From positions 1-64,000 of the forward strand of contig NIVC01003351.1 in the NCBI GenBank assembly GCA_002269645.1: a stretch of 64,000 nt of DNA, given 5' to 3'. The translations under genes and the position numbers were made by a program. This DNA comes from Macrostomum lignano (taxonomy: Eukaryota). Below, piece by piece: positions 1 through 11,850 of this stretch. The notes beneath the pieces were generated by a model that worked only from the letters and a program-made list of their open reading frames with translations, was not told where the DNA came from and made no database searches. Each line of letters starts with the position of its first letter. Position 1 is the first letter of the stretch.

Positions 1-18
1 TGCTTGTTTTTTGGGATG

Positions 19-19
<1 letters not shown>

Positions 20-51
<32 letters not shown>
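20..51. repeat. (TG)n microsatellite
   Basis: Direct TG run at the window start. Confidence 0.95.
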
Positions 52-54
<3 letters not shown>

Positions 55-407
55 CTCCTTCAGACTGCTCTTCGCTGTGATGACTGACTGCTCACAGCTA
101 TAATAAATGCATTCCATACCACAACTGTCAATCAATCTATGCAAAGTCAATATTTTATTTGAAATGCTTTTGCCCGTCAAAAATCAATATTGGCCCCTGA
201 TGCCATGACTGAGGGCTTATATGCATATTAAAAAACATGGAGATTCATTTTATCAAAAAATGACGCAATCTAGTTCCCTGTACCAAAACCAGCGGAACCG
301 GAAGTGTGACGCAACCGTGCTCTTAATTAACCTGGCTTATGCGGTCGGACTGCTCATTATTTTGCCCCAGATGAGGGTAAATATTCAGACAGTCAGGTGC
401 GCCGTTT

Positions 408-2066
408 TTAATTAATTGCTCTCGAATTGCTCCTGGTAAAGACGATGACTTCCGGGTTTTTAACTGCATAGAAGGCAGGCGTCAGCTGAGTCGGTAACAA
501 TAACTTCAGGAGGGCTGCGGCCCAAATCGTCAGGCATGCATCAAGAGTCGTCTCACCTTCTGCCAGCTGGGCAAACATCCTGCGGTTTCCGGTAATTCAA
601 AAACTGTTTGCTCAAAGCAAACTGTTGATGATTAAAAAATGGTTATTTGAATAGTAGTTGCCAGACACATTAATAAGTATTGGCATAGATTAACAACTGA
701 CACAGTATACAGTATTCTGTTAAAGCTTATAGCTGTTCCACTGCCTCGCCTGTTTGTCTTTAATCGCAGAAATGGTCATGCCACATTTTCCTACACTGCA
801 TTGCTCTGCTCTTTCCCCTCCAATTCAAGAGGCTGTGTTTATTTAACTCTCGTGTTTCTGGTGGACACAGCATCCAGATGCAGCTGAGAGGCTGGCCAAT
901 TAGCAAAACTACTAAAACGCGACAAGAGAGGCTGCCCACCGCAATTCCCTCACACTGAGACAAGTGTGTGCGGGCCAGCGCCACTTCACCCGGCGCCCCT
1001 TGTTTCCAGGAAACGGCTTGTCCTCCGGGAATTCCCAGCGGACCCAAGCCGGACAGCGTCTTCGAAGGTTTCTTCGAAATCTTTCTGCTCCACCGACCGC
1101 TTGCTGTTGTTGTAAATTGAGAGCACAATTGAGGGAGGGACATGAGGGGTGAGAACTGTGGGTGGAGTGCTTCCTTCCCGCCACTCTAATTGGCAAAAGG
1201 GTCCCGTATTGACGCTGCCATCATCAGAGGCAGAGCCAATTATTACCAATTCGAGTAGTATAGGATAGATAGAGAATATCCTCTCGCTAAGCTTCCTGCT
1301 GTGAATGGACAGACGGAGCAGGAGTGGAACTGGGGACAGAGGGGCAGTCCTGAGGGGATTTCAAAACAGCGCCTGAAGCGATGCATGCAGATACTTGTTA
1401 TCAACAGATTCAGACTTTGGTGTGGCCGGGACAGGTTCCGGTACAGCTGCAGTACCGCGTGGCCATTCAGAAGCAGCTGAGCACAAAATCAGCACTCTCA
1501 AACCGGCACTCTCAAATTGGCACTCTCAAACCGGCACTCTCAAACCGGCACTCTCAAATTGGCACTCTCAAATTGGCACTCTCAAATTGGCACTCTCAAA
1601 TTGGCACTCTCAAATCGGCACTCTCAAATCGGCACTCTCAGATCGGCACTCTCAGATCGGCACTCTCAAATTGGCACTCTCAAATCGGCACTCTCAAATC
1701 GGCACTCTCAGATCGGCACTCTCAGATTGGCACTCTCAAATCGGCACTCTCAAATCGACACTCTCAAATTGGCACTCTCAAATTGGCACTCTCAAATCGG
1801 CACTCTCAGATCGGCACTCTCAGATCGGCACTCTAAGATCGGCACTCTCAGATTGGCACTCTCAAATCGGCACCTTCCAGAGTCACAAACACAAAAAATA
1901 AAACATGGCAGACAGCTTAGTCTTACTTGTTCGATTTCTAAAGGCATTTGCCACTCAATAGTTAGTTGGCCATTCTCAGTTATAATTGTTATTTCATTAT
2001 TATTTGCATTTCTTGTTCAAGTACACCTTCGCTACTCCATCGTAGGGATTTGAAGTTATCTAATTG

Positions 2067-2108
<42 letters not shown>

Positions 2109-5100
2109 GTGTTACGGTCACACAGTGAATGAAGTCTAAATAAGTCTAAACACGACAGGGCGCAAAGAGTGAGTTCACGGGTGTTGACCTACTTTCAATT
2201 ACAATAACTCGCCTCCGAACCCATAATTTCACACTATATGATAGAAAATCATTATTTTAAACTTACGTATATCAAAGCTGTGTCTTCAGTAACAACCTCG
2301 CTAAACAAGCTCCCTAATACAGCAAACAGCGACTCGATTCTAATTGGCTGCACTGCCCAGCCAATGAGAGAGGCCGTAGCGCCCTTGGCCAACAACAATC
2401 CGCAATTGTTGAAGTAAAGAAGACGCGAAGCGGCCACTCGGCAGCCGGGCCCAAGTTCTCATCATCTGTCAATCGCACTCGATAGGAACCCCATTAGCAA
2501 TCGCTCAGACATGCCATCCCTGCACCAGATTGACTCCGGAAACGGCGCCAACGGTTCGAAGCATCGGTGCACGACGACGGCGGCGCGGCAGCGACTTCCG
2601 CGTCCGGCAGCGGCAGCACTGAGGAGCCATCCGGCGACTCCGAGGCCTGCCTGCCGCGGGTGAAGCTCGCCACCAACGGCGCTGGAGTTGGCAACGGCAA
2701 CGACGACGGTGTAACAACCCGGAGAAGCCGGTGCAGCGCCGGACCTGCATCCTGACGGCGGCGGTGATCATTCTGGCGGGTGGCCTGGCCGCCCTCTGCG
2801 TCCTGTACTTCGCGGTTGGACCTGCGCGCGGCTTCAGCTTCGGCTTTGGCGGCGCTGGCGATGGCGGCGCCAAGGGAGGCGCCGCGGCCAGCAGCCAAAT
2901 CGGAGCCGAGGGCTGCGCCGTGGTTGTCGCCGCTGCCGGCGCGATGTCGGGCCCGGAGATGGCGGCCGCCACGGCCTTCATGCGGCCCGGCGAGTCACCC
3001 TGCCGCAGCTTCTACCGGCACGCCTGCGGCGGATTCGCCGACGGTGCCGCCGGCGGTGTCGCCCTGCCCTGGACTGGAGACCGGGTCCGGCGCCAGGTTG
3101 GCGCCATCGACTTGGCCGGCCGGCGCATCCGGGAATCGCTGCTGGAGTCGCTGCTGCTACCAAAAGAGCTGCTGGCCGGTCCCGGCGCCGCCAGCTGGAA
3201 GTCCGCGGTCGGCAATCTGACTTTGGCCTGCTCGCGCCAGCTGGCGCCGCTGACAGCCGAGGAGCTGCGCGCCTTTTTCGCCGACCGGCGCCGATTCGCC
3301 CAGACCGCCCTGCTGGCCAGCCGCTCCGCCGCCTGGGGTGTCAACGACTCGCCGGAGAAGGTGCTCGCCCAGTTCGCCTCGCACGGCCTGCCCGTAGCCT
3401 TCGAAGTCTCTCCGCAGGTGGCGCAGCCGGCGCCCGTGACGGCCGGCCACCTGCCGCTGTGCTTGCGGCCGGTTCGCCCCACCCTGCCGCCGATGCCGCG
3501 CGACCGGATGCACCGCCTGATCGCCGCCGCTTTCGAAGCGATGGGCCGCGGCGTGCCGTTTCTCATCGCCGGGAAGATCCTGGCGCTGCACAACGGCCTG
3601 CACGAGATCCTTCGAAGCGCTGATGTGGGCGACGCCAGCTCAGCGCAGTTCGAGATGCGGCCAATTGCAGCTCTGCACGCCCTGTTTCCTAATGGCCGTT
3701 TCGGCTGGGAGGCCTTCCTGGCCGAGCTGCTGGCCGGCGGCGCCGAAGGCGGCCCGACAGCTTCGAATGTGGCCGGCTACTCCTCGGCCTGTCTCAGCGG
3801 GGAGCGGACAGTGACGGAGGCGGTCAGGCTGGCGGCCAGCCAGGACCCGGACACCTTCATCGGCTACGCGCTGATCAACGCTCTGGCCGGGCTGCGGCCC
3901 CACATCGGACACCTGCTGCCGCCGAAGCTGCTGCAACTTCTGACCGTCGCCACCACATCTGAAGACGTCGCGCTCGACAAGCTGTCGAAACCATCGCAAG
4001 TTCCCGACGTCTGCTTGGACACCGCGCTAGCGCTGTTTCCACGAGTTGTGCACCGCGTCCTGGCCGACAAGCACCCGCTGGGCTCGGCCGAGGGCCTCAC
4101 GCGCCGAGTGCGGGCCGCCTTGGTTGGCCTCGGGGTCAAGAGCAACGTTGAGGACCTGGCGCTGGACCCATACCTGACCGGTGGCGGTGCCAGCGCCTAC
4201 AGTGACGCCGCACTGTCGGCTCTGCACAGCGACCTGAGCCTGCCGGAACCGGAAGAGGGCTACCCAGCCGCTCTGCTGTCGGCCATGCGCCACGCCTTTC
4301 TGGCGCCGCTGCGGGCCGCCCTGCGCGGTCACTCGATAGCGCCGCTTCCATCGTCCAGCGAGCCGCTGCTCCTGGCGCGCGACCTGTCGCCGACGGCTTC
4401 CGAGACGCCGGTTTTCGACAGCCGCCTGCCGCTGCATTTCTACCTGGCCGCGCTGGACGGCGCCCAGTTCTCCCTGCTGCTGGCGCGTCAGCTGATGCCG
4501 CCGAGGCCGCGCCCGCCCAAGCCGGAGCTGCTAGCTCTGCACGGCTGCCCGGGCGTCGACTCTGCGATTGCTGCCCGTCTGGCGACGCTGCGGGTCAGCT
4601 TCAAGGCGGCTCTGACCGCTGCGACGGCGTCGTCTGCGACATCGGAGTCGAGTGCGGCTGACTGGCGCAGAGGATTCTACCTGCGCGCCGGGCAGCTGCT
4701 CTGCCAGCGGTTCGCTTCGCCCGCCGAGGCCGACGGAGCTGCTGCCGCGGTCGACTGGGCCATCGGTGGCCTGCCGGATTTCCGGCGCGTCTTCCAGTGC
4801 GGCCTGGAGGCTGAGCCGGCGGCCGGAGAGGCGGTGGACCGTCGGAGGGGCTGCCCGAGAGTCCCTGATGGCGGCTCTTGGGCCGTTGGTGCAACTGCCG
4901 CCTGAATTTGAGAACTTTTATTGATTGAAGCTTTGACTAACAGCTGCGGAATCCCAAGTATCTGAATTGTTTCTGAAGTGTGTCTGCAAGCGTCAGTGAG
5001 ATTTGTCTGTGAGTGTCTCTGAGGTGTCTGTGAGATTTGTCTGTGAGTGTCTCTGAGGTGTCTGTGAGATTTGTCTGTGAGTGTCTCTGAGGTGTCTGTG

Positions 5101-8056
5101 AGTGTCTCTGAGGTGTCTGTGAGTGTCTCTGAGGTGTCTGTGAATGTCTCTGAGATGTGTCTGTGAGTGTCACTGAGGTGTCTGTGAATGTCTCTGAGAT
5201 GTGTCTGTGAGTGTCACTGAGATGTGTCTGTGAGTGTCACTGAGATGTGTCTGTGAATATCACTGAGATGTGTCTGTGAATATCACTGAGATGTGTCTGT
5301 GAATATCACTGAGATGTGTCTGTGAGTGTCACTGAGATGTGTCTGTGAGTGTCACTGAGATGTGTCTGTGAATATCACTGAGATGTGTCTGTGAGTGTCA
5401 CTGAGATGTGTCTGGGAGTGTCACTGAGTGTGTCTGTGGGTGTCACTGAGGTGTGTCTGTGAGTGTCACTGAGGTGCGTCTGTGGGTGTCACTGAGGTGT
5501 CTGTGAGTGTCACTGAGATGTGTCTGTGAATATCACTGAGATGTGTCTGTGAGTGTCACTGAGATGTGTCTGTGAATATCACTGAGATGTGTCTGTGAGT
5601 GTCACTGAGATGTGTCTGTGAGTGTCACTGAGATGTGTCTGTGAATATCACTGAGATGTGTCTGTGAGTGTCACTGAGATGTGTCTGGGAGTGTCACTGA
5701 GTGTGTCTGTGGGTGTCACTGAGGTGTGTCTGTGAGTGTCACTGAGGTGCGTCTGTGGGTGTCACTGAGGTGTCTGTGAGTGTCACTGAGATGTGTCTGT
5801 GAAAATCACTGAGATGTGTCTGTGAAAATCACTGAGATGTGTCTGTGAGTGTCACTGAGATGTGTCTGTGAGTGTCACTGAGATGTGTCTGTGAGTGTCA
5901 CTGAGGTGTGTCTGTGGGTGTCACTGAGGTGTCTGTGAGTGTCATCAAGATGATCGGTACTTCACTGCTTCTGTTAGTGAAATATTTTATTAGCTAAAAT
6001 TAATGTCGTATTTCTATTAAGATACTCAAGTACAGACAATTCTATGTTGATGTTTTCATCTTGTCGTTTTATTACTTAAACGGCATTGATTTTTTGGAAA
6101 CAGTTTTAGCTTCTAAAAAGCACCGCTTGCGAGTACGATTGATTAAAAGACGATAGTTTTGTAGACTTTGAAAGTGTCGATAATTTTACCATTTCTTTTT
6201 GTCTTTTTTACCTTACTAAGTTTTCCCTGCAAATGTGAAATATTGTTAGTTCTTGCAGTCTATTATTAATATTTACATTAATAGTTCAATTTTACAAATC
6301 AAAATTGACTGCAAGGAAATTTCTGAAAGCTATTCGCTCTTATATAAGCCGTTGTCCTCATCAACCCCATGAAATTCACCTGTAACATTATGCATACGTT
6401 AATGTGTTGTTATTGAATAATAAAAATTGAAAAACGAACAGTTGACTTTCGAATCGCTTTTGATTTTATTTCGAATCGAAAACTGAAATGCTGGTTTGTG
6501 TCAAAGGGACCAATGTTTGCAGGAAAAGTTATTGGTGAGTTGTAGAGAGTTATAGAGGTGTGTCAGTAGAGAGTCATAGAGATGTGTCAGTAAAGAGTAA
6601 AAGAGATCTATCAGTAGAGAGTCATAGAGATGTGTCAGTAGAGAGTCATAGAGATGTGTCAGTAGAGAGTCAAAGAGATGTGTTAGTAGAGAGTCATAGA
6701 GATGCGTCAGTAGAGAGTCATAAAGATGTGTCAGTAGAGAGTCATAGAGATGAGAGGGTAGAAAGCCCCAGAGATTAGTTGGTAGACAGCCTTAGTGATC
6801 AGGCGGTAGACAGCCTTAGAGATGAGGCGGTAGACAGCCTTAGAGATTAGGCGGTAGACAGCCTTAGAGATGAGGCGGTAGACAGCCTTAGAGATGAGGC
6901 GGTAGACAGTCTTAGAGATGAGGCGGTAGACAGCCTTAGAGATTAGGCGGTAGACAGCCTTAGGGATGAGGCGGTAGACAGCCTTAGAGATGAGGCGGTA
7001 GACAGCCTTAGAGATGAGGCGGTAGACAGCCTTAGAGATTAGGCGGTAGACAGCCTTAGAGATGAGGCGGTAGACAGCCTTAGAGATGAGGCGGTAGACA
7101 GCCTTAGAGATGAGGCGGTAGACAGCCTTAGAGATTAGGCGGTAGACAGCCTTAGGGATGAGGCGGTAGACAGCCTTAGAGATGAGGCGGTAGACAGCCT
7201 TAGAGATGAGGCGGTAGACAGCCTTAGAGATTAGGCGGTAGACAGCCTTAGAGATTAGGCGGTAGACAGCCTTAGAGATTAGGCGGTAGACAGTCTTAGA
7301 GATGAGGCGGTAGACAGCCTTAGAGATGAGGCGGTAGACAGTCTTAGAGATGAGGCGGTAGACAGCCTTAGAGATGAGGCGGTAGACAGCCTTAGAGATG
7401 AGGCGGTAGACAGCCTTAGAGATTAGGCGGTAGACAGCCTTAGAGATTAGGCGGTAGACAGCCTTAGAGATTAGGCGGTAGACAGTCTTAGAGATGAGGC
7501 GGTAGACAGCCTTAGAGATGAGGCGGTAGACAGTCTTAGAGATGAGGCGGTAGACAGCCTTAGAGATTAGGCGGTAGACAGCCTTAGGGATGAGGCGGTA
7601 GACAGCCTTAGAGATTAGGCGGTAGACAGCCTTAGAGATGAGGCGGTAGACAGCCTTAGAGATGAGGCGGTAGACAGCCTTAGGGATGAGGCGGTAGACA
7701 GCCTCTGAGATTTGACAATGCATACCATTGGTCTTGTAAATTATCCAGCAGCTTGTTGTGCAGATGAACCCGCTGATGAGCCAAGGGTTGGCAGCATATC
7801 ATTTCAAGCAATTCCATGGTGGCTGATATATTCCCAATGGGATATTTCTCCTCAAAGTTACTCTTCAATATTTCATTCCCTGACTCAATCAGCTTCCTAC
7901 TCGTTCAGAACCTGTTCTCAACAGTCTCGCTAATGCGGAGTAAGGTGAACAACTGCCACCATGCACCCCAACTTGGAAGACTCAAAAACGACACATCGCG
8001 ACCGACTCCAAGTCTCAATGCGACTGACTCTGCCACGAGATGCGGGCGAGTTTCCA
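408..8056 (-). CDS. 3' part of an unidentified multi-exon gene; candidate exons 8056-7967, 7896-7726, 1103-990, 579-557, 514-408
   Basis: Each segment has an AG acceptor and GT donor, and phases chain into one open frame: GNSPASRGRVSRIETWSRSRCVVFESSKLG/KLIESGNEILKSNFEEKYPIG...DNLQDQC/KRSVEQKDFEETFEDAVRLG...RGAG/MFAQLAE/ALLKLLLPTQLTPAFYAVKNPEVIVFTRSNSRAIN*. Short introns of 70 and 42 nt. Joining across the 1104-7725 intron is inferred from phase only. No family recognised. Confidence 0.45.
1480..1872. repeat. 14-bp minisatellite (GGCACTCTCAAATY)
   Basis: Direct tandem copies; explains the three overlapping repetitive ORFs. Confidence 0.95.
2069..2103. repeat. (CT)n microsatellite
   Basis: Direct. 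Confidence 0.9.
2511..4905 (+). CDS. Intronless neprilysin/peptidase M13-like type II membrane protein, predicted catalytically inactive
   Basis: Main ORF is 2731-4905. It has an N-terminal TM (ILTAAVIILAGGLAALCVLYFAVG), the M13 N-terminal motif SPCRSFYRHACGGF (cf. dPCdDFYqyACggW) and C-terminal matches FYLRAGQLLC (cf. FFisfAQvwC) and LPDFRRVFQC (cf. speFakaFnC). No HExxH is present. The likely ATG at 2511 joins the main ORF only with two single-base gaps (near 2560 and 2738). Confidence 0.75.
4985..5945. repeat. 21-23-bp minisatellite (GTGTCTGTGAGTGTCACTGAGAT)
   Basis: Direct tandem copies. Confidence 0.95.
6555..7708. repeat. Compound 24-bp minisatellite: GTCAGTAGAGAGTCATAGAGATGT (6555-6760) then GAGATGAGGCGGTAGACAGCCTTA (6770-7708)
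   Basis: Direct; 8-aa periodicity in the spurious ORFs SVESHRDV and KAVYRLIS. Confidence 0.95.
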
Positions 8057-8590
8057 CTGGGAAAAGAATGAAGTCATAGAACAGTCTGATTGATGAAGCT
8101 TTAGTAAGCTGGGAGTCTCTGTCTAACTAAGCTAGATATTTTTCTTTCCCGGCTTCGCTTGGATAATGACGGGGTCAAAGGGCGAAGTTCATATATCTAT
8201 ATAAAACTTTAAATCAAAGTCGTGAGCCTTTCCCTTCTTCAAAGCCTTCCCGTCTATTTCATGCATAAATTCCGCAATGGTCCCATATGCATTGGCTTGC
8301 CCGAGTTGACTAATTGGGTGGCTTACCCCCCCCCCACTCTTTCTATTCGAGCCGAGCCTATATATCTCAATTAAAGCCTAAGATTTGTGCATATTTTATC
8401 ATTTTCTGGCGCAAAAAATGCTCAGGCTGCTAGCAATAGCTTTGAGCTGCAAAAGTTTTTTAGCTGACTCATTATGCTTGATTGATTTGAAAGTTTTTAA
8501 ACTCCCCAGCTTTCTCCATCCTTGAGACTGCGACACCCCGTAGACTCTAGTCTATTCTAGTCTAGTTTGATCTAGTCTGTTTACTCTAGA

Positions 8591-8870
8591 GGGGGTTCTA
8601 GCATAGTGGTTACAGTTTCGGACTTACGACGGAAAGGTCGGGGGTTCGATTCTCGAATCACACGGAACAAGTTGTGACCTTGAGCAAGGACACATTTTCT
8701 CTCTTTCCCAGCTCTCTCCAGTCCCCTCCGAGCCCAACCATCCTCGACCACTGCTTTTCCAACACCAGCGCCAAGTTGCGAATAAATAAAGTACACGACC
8801 AGTGTGGGTGTGGCTTTTTATCACATTGCTTGGCTTTTGCAGTCCATGGCCCATAGACTACGGCAAGACG
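8591..8870 (+). mobile_element. tRNA-derived SINE with a CORE-like segment
   Basis: Pol III A box TAGCATAGTGG (8599-8609), B box GGTTCGATTCT (8643-8653), then TGTGACCTTGAGCAAG (8673-8688), resembling the MIR/CORE motif TGTGACCTTGGGCAAG. The 3' end is approximate. Confidence 0.65.
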
Positions 8871-9006
8871 CAGGCAAGGCCCCTCGCAGGCAGCGTATGG
8901 AGGATACTCAGTTTGGCTGGCTTTATTCTCAATCAGGCTGTCAAAAGCTATACTAAAATACGATAATATATGCTACATAAACAAGTTTAGCAAACTTCTC
9001 GGAGCG

Positions 9007-11635
9007 ATGTTAAAAGTGGAAGCTCACGAGGCTATTGTGGTGGACTGTATCGCGGCCCTGGAGTGGCAGGAGCCGAAGCCTTGTGAGCTGCGCAAGAACC
9101 TGCGCACCAACATGTGCGAGCTGCTGAAGTATGGGATGTTCGATGGCCAAGGGATCAAGATGATTATGAATCGATGCGAGCTTCTCGAACTGCACGACGA
9201 TGCCACTGTTGAGCTGGACTTTCGAGTAAACGGAGTCTCCTACACAGAGGAGAGATACCCATTCGTGATGATTGTTGAGACCAATCAAAGGTAGGATGCT
9301 TTTATTAGTAGCTGCTTTGCGTATTCGTACATGCACAGGCCACAAGGCTAAGATAGGAAGACCATGCGAACACCGATCCTGTATAAATAATGAAGGCAAA
9401 TCATACTACTTAACAAGTAGTTGGAGAGACATAAACACTTCGCTTTTTGTTCACTTCAACTCTGACACCAACAATTCGACTGGCATCCACACAGGGCGCA
9501 GGAGTCGGACGAAAATAAACTATACAGGGCCTCACCCTGCTACGATCACATGGTCACCAACCTGATCACCAATTTGGATCACCAGCACAAGTTTGTGCAG
9601 ATGATGCGCATCTACACAATATCGGAGAAAAATAAGCAGGACTACAAAAATCTTCTTCGTTTCGTTGCCTCGTGCTGTTTAAAAGCGCGATCGCTGACGC
9701 AATTCGTGCTGCCGCTGCTTCGCGCCTATGAGGATGACAAAAATATCTGGCATCTCTACTCCAAGTGAGCGAGCGACCTTGGCTTATTCAGTCTGGCTAT
9801 CTAATTTCACTTTTTAGTCTCGTGTCCTTGACATGGACAACTCTAAAACCGTGACCTCACATCATTAGCATTGAACTAGCAATCTAGTGCCATCGCATTC
9901 AAAAACACATTCCTGGACAATAAAATCCTGGACATCAAATGACATTCAGTTGATAGCTATGACATTTAGTTCTGGATGACACCACACTATTGACCCAATC
10001 TCCCTGACATGTCAACATCTAGTTGATTCAGTGACACATTTCTCAAATCCTTGAACCAATATACAATACAGGTATCGTAGTCCCTAACGTCGAAATTATT
10101 TCAACACACCACGAGCACCATCACCCTTACACCACATTATCCAACATTATCTGCAACGTCACCTCTCAGGCCTTACTTCGGCACCATAGCGTCTATTATG
10201 CAATCGCTGGCCCAGCTGCAGACCAACAGCAATGCTCAACAGCAGCAGTTCAGCGACCGCGAGCCCGATCGAGAAGACGCAATCGGCAGTCCCTTGCCGC
10301 AACAGTACGTTTTGTACTTCTCAGCCTGCATCCTACAGGCGCTTCAAAAGTTGGCCTCGCATGGAATCTCGTTGAACCGCATGACTACGGAGAGCGTGAT
10401 GGTCACGCACCAGCAAATCCCCGTGCTCACTGACTTTCTGTACGCCAACAAGTGCCCCATCCGCTCGAAGCATGCTTTAAAACGCAGACTGTTGGAGCTT
10501 CCCGTGCAGCCAGACGACGTCGAGAATGACGCCAGCGGCAGTGTCGGAATTCTCTGGCCGCCGCCAGAGCTGCTGAATAGAGCTGTCGGTGAAGGCGACT
10601 TTGGCCGAGTTGACGTCTGGAACTTTGGCGCCTTTGTGCTTTTGGTGCGACTCCAGGGTCTTTTTTGAATCGACTTTTAAGTTAAGATGCATGATTTAAG
10701 TTCACGAATCCAGCTTGCGGGATCACCGCTAGGCAAAATCGCAGTGTTCGCTTGTGGGGGAGGTCTCGAACTCAATATGCGTTCTAGCAATTTTCAATTT
10801 AAGGGACAATCCTGGAATCTTAGGTTAAAAGTCCCTTGGAATCCTGGGTAAACAATCCTGGGATCCTGGAATCCTTGGGGTAACAGTGTTGGAAGCTTGG
10901 GTCCGGTTGTTTATTGACATACACCTCTAGGGGCCAACCCTTAAAGCTTAGTGTAAAGAGTACAGCTCTGCTGATAACCAATTCTCTTCACTTATAGCTA
11001 TCCGACGATGTCCCTGCAAGCTCACAGACCCCCGGATATGAGAAACTGAATTTTAGCTCACTATATCCAAGTTCACCTATTCTCACGCATCGCAGATGTC
11101 GGTTGGCACAGAGACTTTCAAGCACCTGCGCAGCTTGGAGCACAGGGCCGCCGTGAGTCAGACAGGCAAAGTGATCGCTCTTCAGCCGTGCAATCAGATG
11201 ACTGCCAACAACAGGCCATGCGGCCTGACAGCCTGCGGTCCGGACCTGCTGCATCTGGTCTCCATCGCTATGGCCGAGTCGCCGAGCCGCCGGCCAACCA
11301 TGCGGATACTGCAGTCGGCCAGCTACTACGTCAAGGTGAACTTTTTGAATTTGTGCGAACAAGTAGACGCGTTCGGCATCGATTTGAACGAGCTGCTTGG
11401 ATTGCAACCAGTTTTGGTTGAGCAGCCGCAGCAGCTACAACAGCAGCAGCCGCCGCCGCTACAGGCTCAACTACAGCAACAGCAACAACCAAACCAACAA
11501 CAGCAGCAGCAACAGCAGCAATTGACAACACTGAAACCTCCGCTGCAAATGCTGGACCAGATGAGCGACGTTGACGAACTTCTAAATCGAATTGGCGCTC
11601 AAGGGGCCATGGCGAGCGAGGGTGGCGCTCCTTGA
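9007..11635 (+). CDS. AGC-family (PKA/PKG-like) pseudokinase; exons 9007-9290, 9495-9764, 10170-10644, 11096-11635 (522 aa; upstream exon possible via acceptor at 8990)
   Basis: Canonical splice sites with consistent phases (1569 nt). Kinase landmarks: FVLPLLRAYEDDKNIWHLY (cf. FIvkLyrtFkDdkylYml), YFSACILQALQKL (cf. FYaAeIvlALeyL), GISLNRMTTESVMV (cf. GIiYRDLKPENLLL), LTDFL, PPELL, VDVWNFG, ESPSRRPT. Ends in a polyQ tract. Confidence 0.75.
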
Positions 11636-11682
11636 CCGCGGAAACAGCGGACAATACTCAACAGGCAAAACTGAAAAAAACT

Positions 11683-11850
11683 TCCTATATACTAAAAATG
11701 GTCTGTCTGTGTCTATCTATCTATCTATCTATCTATCTATGTGATCGATTAGAGAAAAAATGGCTGGACCGATTTTGTTCAAACTTGCACTGTTCGATCA
11801 GAAATTTTCCCGTGACTGTACATGCATCGCGGCTAAGAAATTGCTCGATG
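11683..11850 (+). mobile_element. Possible non-autonomous Helitron-like fragment (Lep1-type architecture)
   Basis: TCCTATATACTAAAA start, then a GTCT/TCTA microsatellite, then GGCTGGACCGATTTT. No clear 3' CTAG/hairpin seen. Confidence 0.35.

Noticed and set aside
1381-2053. Overlapping 150-180-aa ORFs (ALSNRHSQIGTLK repeats)
   Set aside because: Translation of a 14-bp tandem repeat that is open in all three frames.
7905-7907. In-frame TGA in a long minus-strand frame (possible selenocysteine or readthrough)
   Set aside because: It falls inside a plausible 70-nt GT-AG intron (7966-7897) in the phase-consistent model; no SECIS or readthrough context seen.
8130-8420. Helitron-like ends (GCGAAGCCGGG...CTAG on minus; TCATATATCTATATAAAA on plus)
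   Set aside because: The motifs are too short and cannot be paired into one element.
8591-8665. Possible tRNA gene
   Set aside because: A/B boxes are present, but I could not see a convincing cloverleaf and a SINE CORE-like body follows.
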